Shown here piece after piece: positions 25,687 through 39,215 of a DNA stretch of 64,000 nt; positions within the stretch are counted from its first letter, which is position 1; every line of letters begins with the position of its first letter. The notes below the pieces were generated by a model that had not been told where the DNA came from, searched no databases, and saw nothing but the letters and a program-made list of their open reading frames with translations. The position numbers were made by a program, and so were the translations under genes. Location of the stretch: assembly GCA_951406725.2 (NCBI GenBank), contig OX597828.1, positions 58,900,001-58,964,000 of the forward strand, given 5' to 3'. Source of the DNA: Octopus vulgaris. Taxonomy: Eukaryota.

Positions 25687-27571
25687 GGGATGAAAGACAA
25701 TGCTAACCTTGACAGAGTTTGAACTCAGATTGTAATGAACTGGAAGCAAATCCAGTGAATATAAAATACGAATGATTACAGAGAATCTTCAGACAGTAGA
25801 TCTGAAGTTGAAATATTTACCACAGAGGAGTTTTGTCAATGTTTATTGTGTTGAAATATGAAGTAAGATGGTCATATTTTGATGTACGTAGAAATTAGAG
25901 GCACCAAGCACTAACTGTATCAGCTACTTAAATAGTGACAGCATGCGGTTGCCATGCAATTGTAAGTAAAGACAATAAATTGTTACATTAACAAGAATCA
26001 TTATACAATATATTTTGTTTCTTAATAAGTTTTATCTCTTACGCTTGCTTCAGTCATTGGATTGCAACCAGACTTGAAGAGTTTTTTAGTCGAATGAATT
26101 GACCCCAGTACTTATTTTTTTAAAGCCTGGGACTTAAAGCTGGGGAAAAGACTTAGCAGCATTTGTTCCGACTTTACATTCTGAGTTCAAATACTGTCAG
26201 AGTTGACTTTCTTTTTCCTCCATGGGGTTGATGAAATAAGTACCAGCTAAACACCGATTTTGATGTAATCGACTTATCCTCACCCCTGAATTTCCTGGCC
26301 TTGTGCCAAAATTTGAAATCACAATATATCTGATGAATGGAACATTTTAATTCGAAAGCTAATGAGGTAGCAGAATGACAGCATTTGCAGAACATCAGTA
26401 AAAATACCTTGTAGTATTTAGATATGTCCCAATACAGTTCCCTACAGAGGCTAATTTTTGCTTCCTCTTTCAAAAGTTGATGAAATAAGTACCTATTTAC
26501 AAATAGTAAAGTAGATTATTCTATTGTGTCTGGGGAGAGCCATTTTCTTTTTGTGCCTTATTATGTAACACACTCACCGGTAAAATTTCCACGTTTTTCT
26601 TATTTTTATTGTCCTAAAATTTTCGTTGCAACCTTTTCAATAGTTTTCACTCTGTCCGTTATTTACACTGCATTCCCTTTTGTTTGTTTGTGCGCATGTG
26701 TGTGGGTCACACCCAGAAACGAAATAAGGTTGATTAATCTAACTTAAATGCCCTTGAAAATGTTTCTGTGCCATTACTTTCAGTTGCTCTTAAATACAAT
26801 ATAGTCATTGAAATGTGATGAGAATTTAGTTCACTGCTAATTGATTCTAAAAATTCATTGTCTGGTTTGTTCCCTCTGCCCCTGCTTAACACCATATTTT
26901 ATAGCTGAAGTCATTCACCTTAGCTTGTTGTTGACATTATCATCATTACCACCACCAGCACCATCAGGGATTATATATATATATGTATTCTGGGACAGGC
27001 ATAAGTGTCATGTTGTAGAGGTGGAAAGAAGGTAGTGATAGAGTGCCAGGAAGGTGAGTGTAAAAGAGTATAGAGGAGAGGGGAAAAGTGGAATCTGTCA
27101 CAAGTGTGTGAGGAGAGAATATCAGATAGTTAAAAATGAGGGTAGAGGAGGTACAGTTGAACTACAGTATAGAGGGAGGAGGTAAGGTGAGAGGTAGAGG
27201 TGCTTCAGTAAGGAGGCACCTCTAATACATTACTTCTCCCTTCGGTCTCACTTTCTATCTGTTCTTCTTGTCTCCAGTTTTTCAGGACACTTTCATTTAC
27301 CTTTGTATATACTTGCCTGTCATGCAGCTGCATGGCTTTTTTGTTCTATATGTATATTTTATTTTGTCCTGTTTTTTTCTGTCACTCTCCTGTACTTTTT
27401 GTTACCTATTCACAGTGGCATCACCAAAAGTAAACAATATCAGCATTAAGAGTGCGCAACTGAAATAATCTTTTAGACATTGATTGATGAGGGACTAGCT
27501 ACAAATTTTCTACTATGTTTTTGTAAAGTTTTTTGTTTGTGTTTTTGTTAAATTTTTGAAATATATATATA

Positions 27572-28760
27572 TTGGGTCAGCCCATAAATAATGTGTTTTT
27601 TTCAATTGCATGAACTAAAAGTTGGATGGGGACAGGATAAACTACCTGTATCAACTTACTGTAAAAGCAGGAAGTAATTTTACCTTGTCCTTATTCTTAG
27701 TGCAAATTTTGAAGAGTGCAATTTGATTTTAACAGTTATTTTGTCAAAGCTATAATGGAAGTGACAAAGGAGCATATTTGGCATATTTTGCCTTATCAGT
27801 TCAATAAAGGTGACAACATCACAGAAAGTATGAGGAATATTAATGCAGTATATGGGGATCGGACAATAAGCATAAGCCAATGTTAATAGTGATTTCAGAA
27901 ATTCCGAGCCAGAAACTACAGCCTAGAAGACAAACCTTGTCCTGGAAGATCTGTAGAGCTGGATGAGGATGTCCTGCAAACCCTGGTGGAGCAAAATCCC
28001 ATTGTAACTGTTGAGGAACTAGAAGAGAAGCTTGGATTTTGTCATTGAACCATTCATTGACACCTGCATGCCATTGGAAAAGTCAGCAAATTAGGTCAAT
28101 GGGTTCCTCACAAACTTTCCAAGTCTAATTGTGTGCAGAGAGTGAATGTGTGCCCTTCTTCACATCTCACGAATGAAGCTTTTTTGGACTGAATAGTGAC
28201 TAGTGATAAGAAATGGGTTCTCTATAAAAATGCCAAGCACTGAAAACAGTGGGTAGGGAGAGGAGAAACACTGGCACCCCAAGCTAAAGAAGGTCTTCAC
28301 CCACATAAGGTGTTGTTACCTGTTTGGTGGGATATGAAAGGTTTATTCACCTTTGAAATCTTAAACCCAAATCAAATAATAACAGGAGATCTACTGTGAA
28401 CAGCTTGAGCGGCTTAAGTCAACGCTAGAAGAAAAATGACCATCTTTGGTTTCAAGATGAAAGGTGTTCTTCCACCTGGATGATGCTCAGCCACACACAG
28501 CAAGGATGACATTCCAAAGGCTTGAGCAGTTTGAATGGGAAACGATGCTCCACTCACCATCTTCGCCAGTCATTACCCCATCTGATTATCATTTATTCCA
28601 CAGTCTTCAAAATCATTTGGATGGAAAAAATATGAATTCTGTAGATAAGGTCAGAACAGTACTGGAGGAGTATTTTTCATCACAGACAAGTGAATTTTGG
28701 AAGAATGGCCTTGCAAGCCTACCAGGCAGATGGAAGAACATTGTAGAAATGTCCACCACA
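27572..28760 (+). mobile_element. Degenerate mariner transposon
   Basis: TA-ttgggtcagccc TIR; WVPHKL, DKKWV.Y, HLDDAQPH, SP.ITPSDYHLFHSLQNHL motifs; many stops. Confidence 0.85.
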
Positions 28761-29631
28761 GCAAATATAAAACTGGTTGCACTTTCAAAAATGAATGTGT
28801 AAGCGTTCTGCTTCCAATTGTAAGACATTCTGTCCAGTCAAGCAGTCTTTACATAATCATAAGGCTATATGCAACATAATTCTTTATCTGTTGTGTTTAT
28901 ATGTTTTGTTTGCTTCTGTCTTAGTCTACATTCGCTAGCTTTTCTCCAGTAGCTTAATACTCTTACTCTTTTTACTCTTTTAATTGCTTCAGTCATTTGA
29001 CTGCAGCCATGCTGGAGCACTGCCTTTATAGCCGAGCAAATCAACCCCAGAGCTTATTCTTTGTAAGCCTAATACTTATTCTATCGGTCTCTTTTGCCGA
29101 ACCGCTATGTTACGGGGATGTAAACACACCAGCATTGGTTGTCAAGCGATGCTGGGGGGACAAACAGATGCACAAACACACACACACACACATATATATA
29201 TACACACACATATACGAGTTTCTTCCAGTTTCCGTCTACCAAATCCACTGACAAGGCTTTGGTCAGCCCGAGGCTATAGTAGAAGACAGGGGCCCAAGGT
29301 GCCACACAGTGAGACTGAACCAAGGACCATGTGGTTGGTAAGCAAGCTACTTACTACACAGCCACTCCTGTGCCTAATAATAGCACAGGTGCCTGCAAAA
29401 TTGAGTGGTCTCAAAGGTAATGACATGAAACCACTATGATGTTTTGGAGGAAAACTCAGTTATGAATATTCCATGCATCATGTCTTTGTCTAATTTCCTG
29501 TCCATTAAGTTTTCTTCTAGTTTCCCATTTATTCTGCTTTTGTCTAACTTTTTCTATACATACATACATACATACATATATATATATATATATGTATGTA
29601 CTTATACACACACACACACCCACACACACAC

Positions 29632-29669
<38 letters not shown>

Positions 29670-30202
29670 TTTGGCTGGTATGTGGCTACCAAATGTCTTC
29701 CATTGAGGTGATGGGGTATGTCAAAATCACATGATCTGGCAGTTCTGATGCCCATAACAAAAGATACTTGTCTACCAACAATATAAATCTGTGAGCTTTT
29801 ATGTACTATGTGTTCATATGAGAGATTCTCTCAAGGTATATATGTCACCATTAAATTGAATATAAGGATTGCCTATGAAGTCTGAATAACTGTTTCCTCC
29901 TCTGTCACTTTCTGTCTATTGCACCGACAACCATAAATGAAGGCAGGGAATTGGTCAAATCATTAGAATATAGGACAAAACACCTTTTGGCATTCAGCCG
30001 GCTCACTGCAGTCTGAATTCAAATCCTACTAAGATTAATATAGTCTTTCATTCTTTCAGGGTTGATAAAATATCCGTCCCAAGCAATGGTGTCAGGCAAA
30101 TATAAGCTCTTTGCATAAAGTGTCAGGCAAGTATAAGCTCTTTGCATTATGAATTCTTAAATGTCCAATGTAACACCACAACATGGTTCCGTGGTGCCTT
30201 AA

Positions 30203-30421
30203 CCCTTTTGATACTGTATTTTTTTTAGATGCTCTGTGTTTCTTTCAATTACTTTAAATATAACAAAGAATTTAGTAAAATAACTTAGTTATCATTCAGC
30301 TATTGTTAGGAACATAAATAGGGACTAAGGTTTGGTGGAAGATTTTAATTCAAAATTTATGAAAACAAGACATTTGTACTCAGAGCCAGAGCCAGTTTTA
30401 GCTGGGTTGGTAACAAAAGGG
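30203..30421. mobile_element. piggyBac-type MITE
   Basis: TTAA|CCCTTTTG...CAAAAGGG|TTAA; related copy 43395-43541; a second family at about 30570-30793 and 55669. Confidence 0.75.
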
Positions 30422-31099
30422 TTAAGTAAAATTCACTTTGTTTTAAGCTTTCAGGTAAGGTTTCTAATTTGAAGATAATTCTTCTTCCTTTCCTCTCACC
30501 AATACTGGAGGCTCTGTAAAAATATAGAAGGCCACAAACATTGCTATTCCTTCTCTGATGAAGCATTAACCTCTTAGCATTTAAACTGGCCATATCCAAC
30601 TAAAATAATCTACCTTTGTTTTTCATCTTCAAACTGACCAAATCTGACTTCTCACATTTGCTTTACAATACTCTTCCCAAAATAAACAATCGTATCATTG
30701 AGATGTCTAAGCAACAAAGAAATGCATCAGAAATTTTTTATCAAAGTGAATAGAATAAGAATTGCATTGAATAGAAATCTGAATGCTGAAAGGTTAACGA
30801 AGAATGTGTGCTTAAAAAGTAAACTAAATAGATTATTCACAACATAGAACTGCTTTGGCAAGAAACTAATTTATCCCTTTAAATATTTCTTGTAATTATT
30901 ACTAAATAATGTTGTTTAAACCCTGACTCTAAATAACAAGTAGTCATATGATCAATGGTGTTCCACTTATAACCATCATGCCTTTTTTTTAAAGGTGGTA
31001 GAATATGATATGAAGGAGATTTGGTTACTCTTTGTAGCTGGGCAAGCAATCACGTAGAGGTTACTCTGGCTGGTTTGATTATTTATCTTGTTAATGAGG

Positions 31100-31370
31100 T
31101 GCACACACACACACACACATGCACACACACACACATGCATGCAGACACACACATGCATGCACACACACACATGCACACACTCACACACATGCACACATGC
31201 ATGCACACACACATGCATGCACACACACACACACACTCACACACATGCACACACACACATGCATGCAGACACACACACACATGCATGCACACACACACAC
31301 ATGCACGCACACACACACACACACACACATGCACACACACACACACACATGCACACACACACACACACAC
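31100..31370 (+). repeat. Interrupted (CA)n/ATGC microsatellite
   Basis: Directly visible. Confidence 0.95.
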
Positions 31371-31777
31371 AAGCACAATCAATGGAATTAGAATAAGCTT
31401 GTAATAATTCATTTTAGTTTTTAAATCTTGTGTTTATTTTCTTGCTTTAGAGTAAAGAATAATTTTAATTTTGTTGCAGTCGAGGCAGACAAATTGGTAA
31501 AAGCTTCTTAAATTTTAATTATATTCATTTATTATTATTTCTCTGTTGAACCAAAATAGACTAAATTTGTGTCATCTGCAAAATGATAAACTATACTGTT
31601 TGATAGAATGTAATTAAGAAGAGTAAAGGACCAAGGACAGAGCTTTGAGGAACCCCTTAAATAAGTATTTGAATTATAACTAAGTATAGAAATTTATATT
31701 AGATATATATAAATATGTAGACAGACATAGGTACTGAATAAATAAAAACAATTATTATTTAAATACATAACACTTAC

Positions 31778-32245
31778 CGAAAATATCCAAAGTCAATCCA
31801 CATGAAAAAGTTTGTGTGAAAATAATTCTGTTGGATAGACTTTTTGAGTAGCTCATATTTAGCATGCATCACACAAGAATAGTCAGGTATCACAGTGTTT
31901 GGATGGAATTTTGGATAATCAGCTTGACTGAAAATTTTAGCAATTCGTGGTTTCAGACTAAATGCCCACAAGTCTGTTCTATTAACGAGGATCAATTTTG
32001 TTAAGTTATTTAAACTTGGTGATCGCAGTTTTTTTAAACATTGAGAGAATCTCTGGAGAGTCTGTGAAGAAAACTACTGGATTGAGAATCCGAGAATAAA
32101 CAGAACACCACTTTTTATATATTTTGGGGTTTACATGACTGTTTCCACCCTTTCTAAAGGTGTCTAACTGGAAATAAGCTGTAACTAGTGTCACATTTTC
32201 AGAATGTTCAAATGCTTTGAGTTTTTCCTTCATAGACATTGAAAC
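31778..32245 (-). CDS. HtrL/YibB-like gene, coding exon 3 (apparent +1 frameshift at 32029-32035)
   Basis: Acceptor ttctgtttcAG (phase 0), donor CG|GTAAGT (phase 2); VTLVTAYFQL...YKKW..Y..ILNPVVFFTD...YPKFHPNTVIPDYSCVMHAKYELL......YFHTNFFMWIDFGYFR; TxVTAyf and WIDFGY signatures. Removing one A of the A7 run joins ORFs 32006-32239 and 31774-31995. Confidence 0.85.
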
Positions 32246-32619
32246 CTGAAACAGAAGAAAATATTGCTGAAGTAAAAATTATAATTCAAATATCATTTCT
32301 TACTTGTGATAGCTCCACTAACCATTTTTGCAGACACAATTAGGAAAGGCATAAATGTCACAAATTTCCTCCAAAGATTTATCCTGTAACTTCGAAGCTT
32401 CAAATTTCACTCCAAAAGTTAAGCTGAACAATTATGAATACGAACTATATAGGAAACTTAATCTTTCTTTTACCTTTTACTGGTTCCAGTTAGAGGCTGA
32501 AACCATGTTGGGGCATCACCTTTCAGTGGGACTGGGTTTCTTTACTGTACAGTTTCTGGTGAAGTATTGAGTTGGTTTAAGCTGTTCTTCTTTGTGTCTC
32601 CTTCTGCAACGTGGGTTCA

Positions 32620-32989
32620 TCTCTATATATATAAACAGCAAAATGTCTGTCTGTGTGTGCGTGTCCTTTATACAAATCCACAATTTTTCAGTTAGAGGGC
32701 TCGCACTTTTTATGGTCATTCAAAACCGTCCAAGGGTGGTCGTGCAAATCTTTACATTTCCCCAGTCACCCCGCAAAGCCATTAAAAAATCAATAGAAGT
32801 GACCTTTTTGTGAATTTTCTATCCAAAACCCAATCAAAATGCCCGAAACTTGATACGCCAATTGAATGCCAGCTAGCTGTAAGTGATTGGTCGGAGATTT
32901 GGACAGTACTCGTGTGTATGTGCGCACGCACGCAGCTGTGTATGCATGCACTAGCACTATGATTCGGTCTTGTCGAGTCATAGTGCTAG
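32620..32989 (+). mobile_element. Short non-autonomous Helitron
   Basis: A|TC start, 3' hairpin gcactatga..tcatagtgc overlapping CTAG|T; the same 5' part recurs at about 22583-22770. Confidence 0.75.
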
Positions 32990-32999
32990 TCTCAGATAA

Positions 33000-35390
33000 A
33001 AATATCTCCAGATATTCCATGGAGACCTCTGCATCGCTGAGGCTGTTTGGCAGAATGTTGAATAGTTATGGACCACTGAATCCACAACTGTTAGAGTTCT
33101 GGCTCCTTATTTTATATGGAGAAGACAGAATCTTTGCCACAATGCAATGCTGTCCAGTTCAGTGGTTGCTATAGCTTTCAATTCCAAATTTGAGACTAGA
33201 CATTCCAGGATTTTCTAAATATATATTACTGCATATCTTTTACACCTTCTCTAAAGGGAGCTGAGTTTCAGTTCCTTTACTCTCTCCCAGTAGCTCATCA
33301 GTTTCATTAAGTCCATCTTCTTTGCATAGTGGTGCTGGATTGTCTCAAATTCTACCACTAGGTGGACATTCTGCAGTGACCACAGTTGGGAGCAGTAATC
33401 CAGATGACTGAAAACAAAAGTTCTCCATAGAAGTAGCATGATATCCTTTTTCCTGGTCCTGAATGATCTCAAAATTCATACAGCTACTTGCATGCACATC
33501 TTGGTAATATACACACAGAATGCTGCATCATTACTCATGTGAACTCCCTGGTCATGCACTGACCCTGACTTTGGGATTGTACTACTCCTTGATCCTGTGT
33601 AGTCTGACTAAAGTCTGTTTATTGGCTGATAGCAGAGTCCTTGAAACTTCTTAGCATTGAACTGCATGCTATTTTTATCAGTTTATTTATATATTGCACT
33701 CAGATATTTTTGAAGTTTTAGCATGTCCTGTCATCAGGGTCATTGACCATTTGTGGTACTTTTGTATCATCAGCATAACTGGTAAGAGTGGCTGACTGTA
33801 TGACTGAGGGCATGTCTGTGAAAACCACTACAAGCAGTAGTGGTCCCAATACAATTCCTTACGGGTCTCCACTTAGAATTGATGAATTCCCAGAGATGGC
33901 ACCACTGATTACAACTGTCTGACTTCTGCCTTTTAAAAGGTCATGCAGTCCCTCCCCAAGTTTTCCAGTGCTATCGAGGTCATGCAGTTTGTGACATATT
34001 ATCCCATGATCAGCTTTGTCAAAGATCTTGGTAAAGTTGAGCCACATTTGAGTGGTCGAGCTGCTGTTTCAGTACCTAGTCACAATGTTGTAGTGACTGT
34101 GTGAGGCAGCTCCTTCCTGGATGGAAACCATGTTGCATGATTGTGCGCAAATTATTTTCTTTCAGGAACATGATCAGCCTCCTTCTGACAATGCATCCCA
34201 TTACCTTGCTAAAATGTGAAGTCACCTTCATGGACAGAGCATATCATACCTTCTGTTAACATTAATGGAAGTTTACCACAGGCAAGGATAAAGAATCTGC
34301 TGTGATTTTGCAAGAGCTTTCTTACATATCTTTAAAAGAACAACCAGAAATCCATCTGGCCCCTTTACTGAGTTTCTGTTCATCTCATCAATGGCTGATC
34401 TTTTATGTTGATGACATAATTGATGGCAGCCCTTTTTCTCTTGTAGATCTGTGGTGTTGAAAAACTCATCAGACTTGCTTATTTGCATATTTCCTAATGG
34501 GGAGGTGGAGACACTTTGGAACTGATGTTGGGAAAGTTGAAGTCTATTATATTAATGCATTGATCTAATTTTATCAATGTAAAGCTTTCCTCAATTTTAC
34601 CATTATGACTTGAAGCGTCAGGTTGGCAATATAACATGCAAATTACCACACCCAGTTGCTTTTTAATTACTATAAGTGTGTCACAGACAGAGTTTCAATG
34701 TGACAACAGGGTTAGTGGTATGACATCTTCACAGATGTACAATTCAACCCCACTGTGACTTCTTTCACTTCTTTCTGTATAGAACGCAGCATACATTGGC
34801 ATTGTGTGTATCTCTGCCTTATTTACGTCTGAAGACAGATGTCTCTCTGTAAGTGTATTGCATATTGCTTGATTGCATGTAGAAAGTGTATACTGGATGC
34901 TTTTTACGTGCCACCAGCCTCTGGTACTCAGAAGAATTGATGTGATGGTTGACTTGGCAGGAATGGTGGCCATCCTGGGCCTATTATCTGTGGTAGTCTT
35001 TTGTGTGGGTGTGCATGGCTTAGTTTTGTTTGCAACCATGCCAACTGCTGCACTATCTTTTGTGCTACCCTTAAAAAAAATTGCTGTTCTATTGTTGCAC
35101 ATCACACTGCGCCTGCAGGCAGTTCTTTAGTGGTCTTCCTTATTGTACGTTTGTATTAGGACATGAGTCCCTATGGGTGAGGTTTTATTTCATCTTGTTA
35201 GCTAAATGAAGAGTGTTTTTTACCAAGTGTTCCATTCTGCTGAGTTTTGGCTGCACAAAATGGCAGTTTTTCCTCATCTTTCCATGCCAGGTGACACCTT
35301 TTAGATGGAATTTAAAGATGGTATGTCCTTCATGTAATGTTTTGTTTTTTTGCTGTCACTTTCAGTGGTTTTGTTTTTGACTTTGAACTC
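33000..35390 (-). mobile_element. Old degenerate CR1-group LINE, relative of 52010-55140
   Basis: FDKADHGIICHKL, GPDG..VLLK.C, FSHLDYCSQLWS, SYWERVKELKL, RSHSGVELYI fragments; many stops. Confidence 0.85.
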
Positions 35391-35393
35391 TGT

Positions 35394-35672
35394 TTGTTCT
35401 GACATAGGTCCTGTTCTGACATAGGTACTGTTCTGACATAGGTACTGTTCTGACATAGGTACTGTTCTGACATAGGACCTGTTCTGACATAGGTCCTGTT
35501 CTGACATAGGTCCTGTTCTGACATAGGTCCTGTTCTGACATAGGTCCTGTTCTGACATAGGTCCTGTTCTGACATAGGTCCTGTTCTGACATAGGTACTG
35601 TTCTGACATAGGTACTGTTCTGACATAGGTACTGTTCTGACATAGGTCCTGTTCTGACATAGGTACTGTTCT
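35394..35672. repeat. 17-bp minisatellite, about 16 copies
   Basis: Unit gacataggt(c/a)ctgttct. Confidence 0.95.
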
Positions 35673-38230
35673 CTGTGTCAAGTGTTCCACTTAGGGATTC
35701 ACCACTTTTAAAAGAGATCTGCAGTTGTGGCAATTTGCTGTGCTTGAGAAGATGTGCCAAGCTTAGTAAAAATTGCTGTCATCCATACATACAGGCTTGT
35801 CTTGTGCCAGTGTCACATGATATGCACTTGTGTCAGTGCTGTGTAAATGCACCTGTGCTGGGGTACGTAAAAAGCATCCAGTGCACTCTGTAAAGTGAGA
35901 AAAGAGAGCAAAAGGATATGTGAGGGGGGAAAGTGGGTGGGAGGGTAGGTTGAGGCAAAGAGAAGAGCAAGTGGAGGGGGAGAGGAGGTTGAGAGTGAAG
36001 AGCAGCTGGAAAGTGAAGGAAGAAGGGAGATGAGGATGAACGGGGGTGGGGGGAGACTGGAGATTTATAGAGAGGAGGAGGTGAAGAGGGAGAGGAGGCT
36101 GAGAGTGAATAGTAAGTGGAGATAAAGAGCAGAGCAACTGAAAGGGAGAGGTAGCTGAGAAGAAAGACTGGAAGGAAACAGAGGGAAGTGAGGGGAGGGG
36201 AGGGGATGAAGGAAGTCGGGGGTGGGTGGAGGGGTAGATGGTGGAGAGTGGAGATTTAATGAATATATGAGGGGTATAGAGAGAGAGAGAGAGAGAGAGA
36301 GAGGAAGTTGATTGGAAGTGGGGTGTGAAGGAAGGCAAGTAAGTTAAGAGACAAAAGGAGAGGGAGGGAGAGGGGAAGAGTGTGATACTCAAATTATGGG
36401 GCAATTCTAGTAGAATAGAGATGGGAGGACAAATATACACCTATTTGCAAAACAATATCTACCAATTTATATACACAATAGGTTGAGAGAAAGAGAGAGA
36501 GAGAGAGAGAGATGAAAAGAGAGAGAGAGAGAGATACTCAATGTTCAGAGAAATTCTAGATGAATAGAAATGGAAGGACATGTATATATTTATGTGTATC
36601 AATAATACAGTGATTGTTTCTTATCAGGAACAAAATGTTTAATAGGACTGCTATAGAAGTGCTCAATTGAAAGAGACAAATATATCAAACTAAAGTTATA
36701 GAACAAACAGATATAAGGTCATCCACATAACATTTCAGAACTCGAACATTCAATCATAGAAAAGACATTTAGACTTCACAGAAGATGGAATATAATTCAT
36801 CTGTACAAGCATATAAGAAAGTGCGAGAAAAAATGTGTGAATTAAAAGTTAATACTTTAGCGATTAAGAAAAATATATTTTTAAAAAAAACTTTTACAAC
36901 ACCTAGAAGGTAAGACGTAAAAATATAGTATAAAGTAATATTATTGGAGCAGTTACTTGTACACACTTAGGCACTCATCCTACAGCTGACCACCCAGCTG
37001 TGACATAAATTTGTAAATCATTGGAAAAATTAAAATTATGTATTTTACCAAGAGGTGTAATGATATGACTCATGGTAAGGTTTGAATTCATTACACTTGC
37101 CATGATTTTTATTTACAATTTAAGAAACCACATACACCTACTGAATCCGCTGAGTGCCAAAATGTGTTCACCAGCCCCACTTGTTACAACTGTTATCTTA
37201 TAGCAGCTTCCATTCAATATATATATATATTTATATGAGTTATATTTTAAGCATGCATCCATCAATGTCCAATGACTTATTCAACAGGTAAACTAATGTT
37301 AGCTTCTTGGCTATTTTGTGTCTATAAAATAACTGAAAAGTTAACATATTCACGTTTAGGTGCAGGAGTGGCTGTGTGGTAAGTAGATTGCTTACCAACC
37401 ACATGGTTCCGGGTTCAGTCCCACTGCGTGGCACCTTGGGCAAGTGTCTTCTACTATAGGCTTGGGCCAACCAAAGCCTTGTGAGTGGATTTGGTAGACA
37501 GAAACTGAAAGAAGCACGTCGTATATATGTATACATATGTGTGTGTGTGTTTGTATGTCTGTGTTTGTCCCCCCACCCCCAACATCACTTGACAACCAAT
37601 GCTGGTATGTTTATATCCCCGTAACTTAGCGGTTTGGCAAAAGAGACCAATAGAATAAGTACTAGGCTTACAAAGAATATGTCCTGGGGTTGATTTGCTC
37701 GACTAAAAGAAGTGGTGCTCCAGCATGGCTGCAGTCAACTGGCTGAAACAAGTAAAAGAGTATACGAGTTTATGTATTCTAGAGGCAATCAGTTGGGCTG
37801 GATACATGCGTCACACTTCACGTGGATGTGAAGAAAGTGAGGAGTCTGGTCATTTGATGCCTGTTACAGAATGCTAGTCTCGATAGACAGTGTCTTATCT
37901 AGCAAATAAGTTTATCTCTTGATGTCAAAGGCAAAAGCTAAACACTAACTTTCTGAGTCACAGGTATTTCTCAATGGCATTTGCCATTTATGTCTGAGAT
38001 ACTTGATGTTCATGCAACTCAATCCCAAGATCCAAATAATAATGGACATTTGCATTGCCATCAATCTCCAGATACAGCAGGTCATCTAGAAAAGACACAA
38101 ACAAACACAGATATATTCACGTTCAACCTTCTATTATTTGTAAAAGAAGAATATATTTCACGAAACAAACTTTCCTCCTTTCAGACAAGTCACATTGTTT
38201 CTCCACAAAATAAACAATAGGATTACTGAC

Positions 38231-38304
38231 CACATCTTCACTTGGCAGCATTTGTAAATATTTGGGGTCCAATTCAGTTTTAAAGCAGGGAGTCTTGACA
38301 TAAA
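38231..38304 (-). CDS. HtrL/YibB-like gene, coding exon 2 (stem region)
   Basis: Acceptor ttctttttgttAG, donor GTG|GTCAGT; 74 nt converting phase 1 to phase 0 as needed between exons 1 and 3; VYVKTPCFKTELDPKYLQMLPSEDV. Confidence 0.75.
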
Positions 38305-38476
38305 CTAACAAAAAGAATAAGAAACAATTAATAATTAGTGTGAAATTATAACAGTAGACAGTTCAAATGTTGCAATACAATAATGATATCTGACTTGAGT
38401 CAGGAGAGAGTCTCCAGTAGAAGGATTAACAATACTTATCATTTAACTTATCATTTAAAAAGCCAAGTTCAACTAG

Positions 38477-38517
<41 letters not shown>

Positions 38518-38554
38518 TATATATATATATACACACACACATTATTTACATTAT

Positions 38555-38696
38555 TCACATTTGACATATTTATCCTCATCTTCTTTGTTGTTAACACAAC
38601 GTTTCAGCTGATGTATTCTCTAACCTTCATCGGGTGCCCTGGGGGAATTTCAAACCTGGATTCTTATTCCTAAGGTATTTTTTGATGTTATTGATG

Positions 38697-38735
<39 letters not shown>

Positions 38736-38812
38736 TCACTGTCTGGAATCAAACTCAGAATCTTGGGGTTAGTAGCCCACACTCTTAACCACTATGCCAT
38801 ATGTCCTTGGGC
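38555..38812 (-). mobile_element. Degenerate copy of the tRNA-headed hammerhead-bearing repeat
   Basis: Colinear with 12989-13445: tRNA-like head, (AAT)n in place of (AAC)n, decayed hammerhead CCGAUGA-A-GGUUA..CAGCU-GAAACGUUGUGUU at 38593-38638. Confidence 0.7.
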
Positions 38813-38899
38813 AATTATGGAGTGAATTTTAGGGCTTATAAATCCAATATTTTCCTATCCTTCCTTAATACTGGTTCCCATATGCTACTCATATCTGCA

Positions 38900-39215
38900 C
38901 TAGGTCTGCTCAATAAAGCCATCCATACAGTTCACAATGGAAAAGGAAAAAGACAATCAGCTAGCATTCCTGGACGTATAAATAACACGCACCAAGTATG
39001 GGTTCAGGACATCCAAATACCGCAAACTGACCTTCACTGGACGATACCTCAACTTCAATTCCTACAATCCATACAGTGTAAAGAGAGGGATTGCTCAGTG
39101 CCTAAAACATTGAGCAAAGAATATAAGTAGCGATCATAATACTCACCATGAAGAAGTGATCAGGCTCAGTAACAATCTATTAAGCAACAACAATCCCCGA
39201 AAACATACTCTCCAC
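38900..39215 (+). mobile_element. Penelope-like element RT C-terminal/thumb fragment
   Basis: PSIQFTMEKEKDNQLAFLDV*ITR..GFRTSKYRKLTFTGRYLNFNSYNPYSVKRGIAQCL; FT.E.E..FLD..YRK.T.T..YL...S is the PLE RT signature. Confidence 0.85.

Noticed and set aside
32026-32040. Programmed -1 ribosomal frameshift (UUUAAAA)
   Set aside because: Restoring the frame needs +1, and the heptamer is not in X_XXY_YYZ phase.
35394-35672. CRISPR or repeat protein
   Set aside because: Contiguous 17-bp units without spacers; no splice or start context.
35763-36440. 225-aa Ser/Pro/Leu-rich ORF
   Set aside because: Low-complexity purine-rich tract read on the opposite strand.
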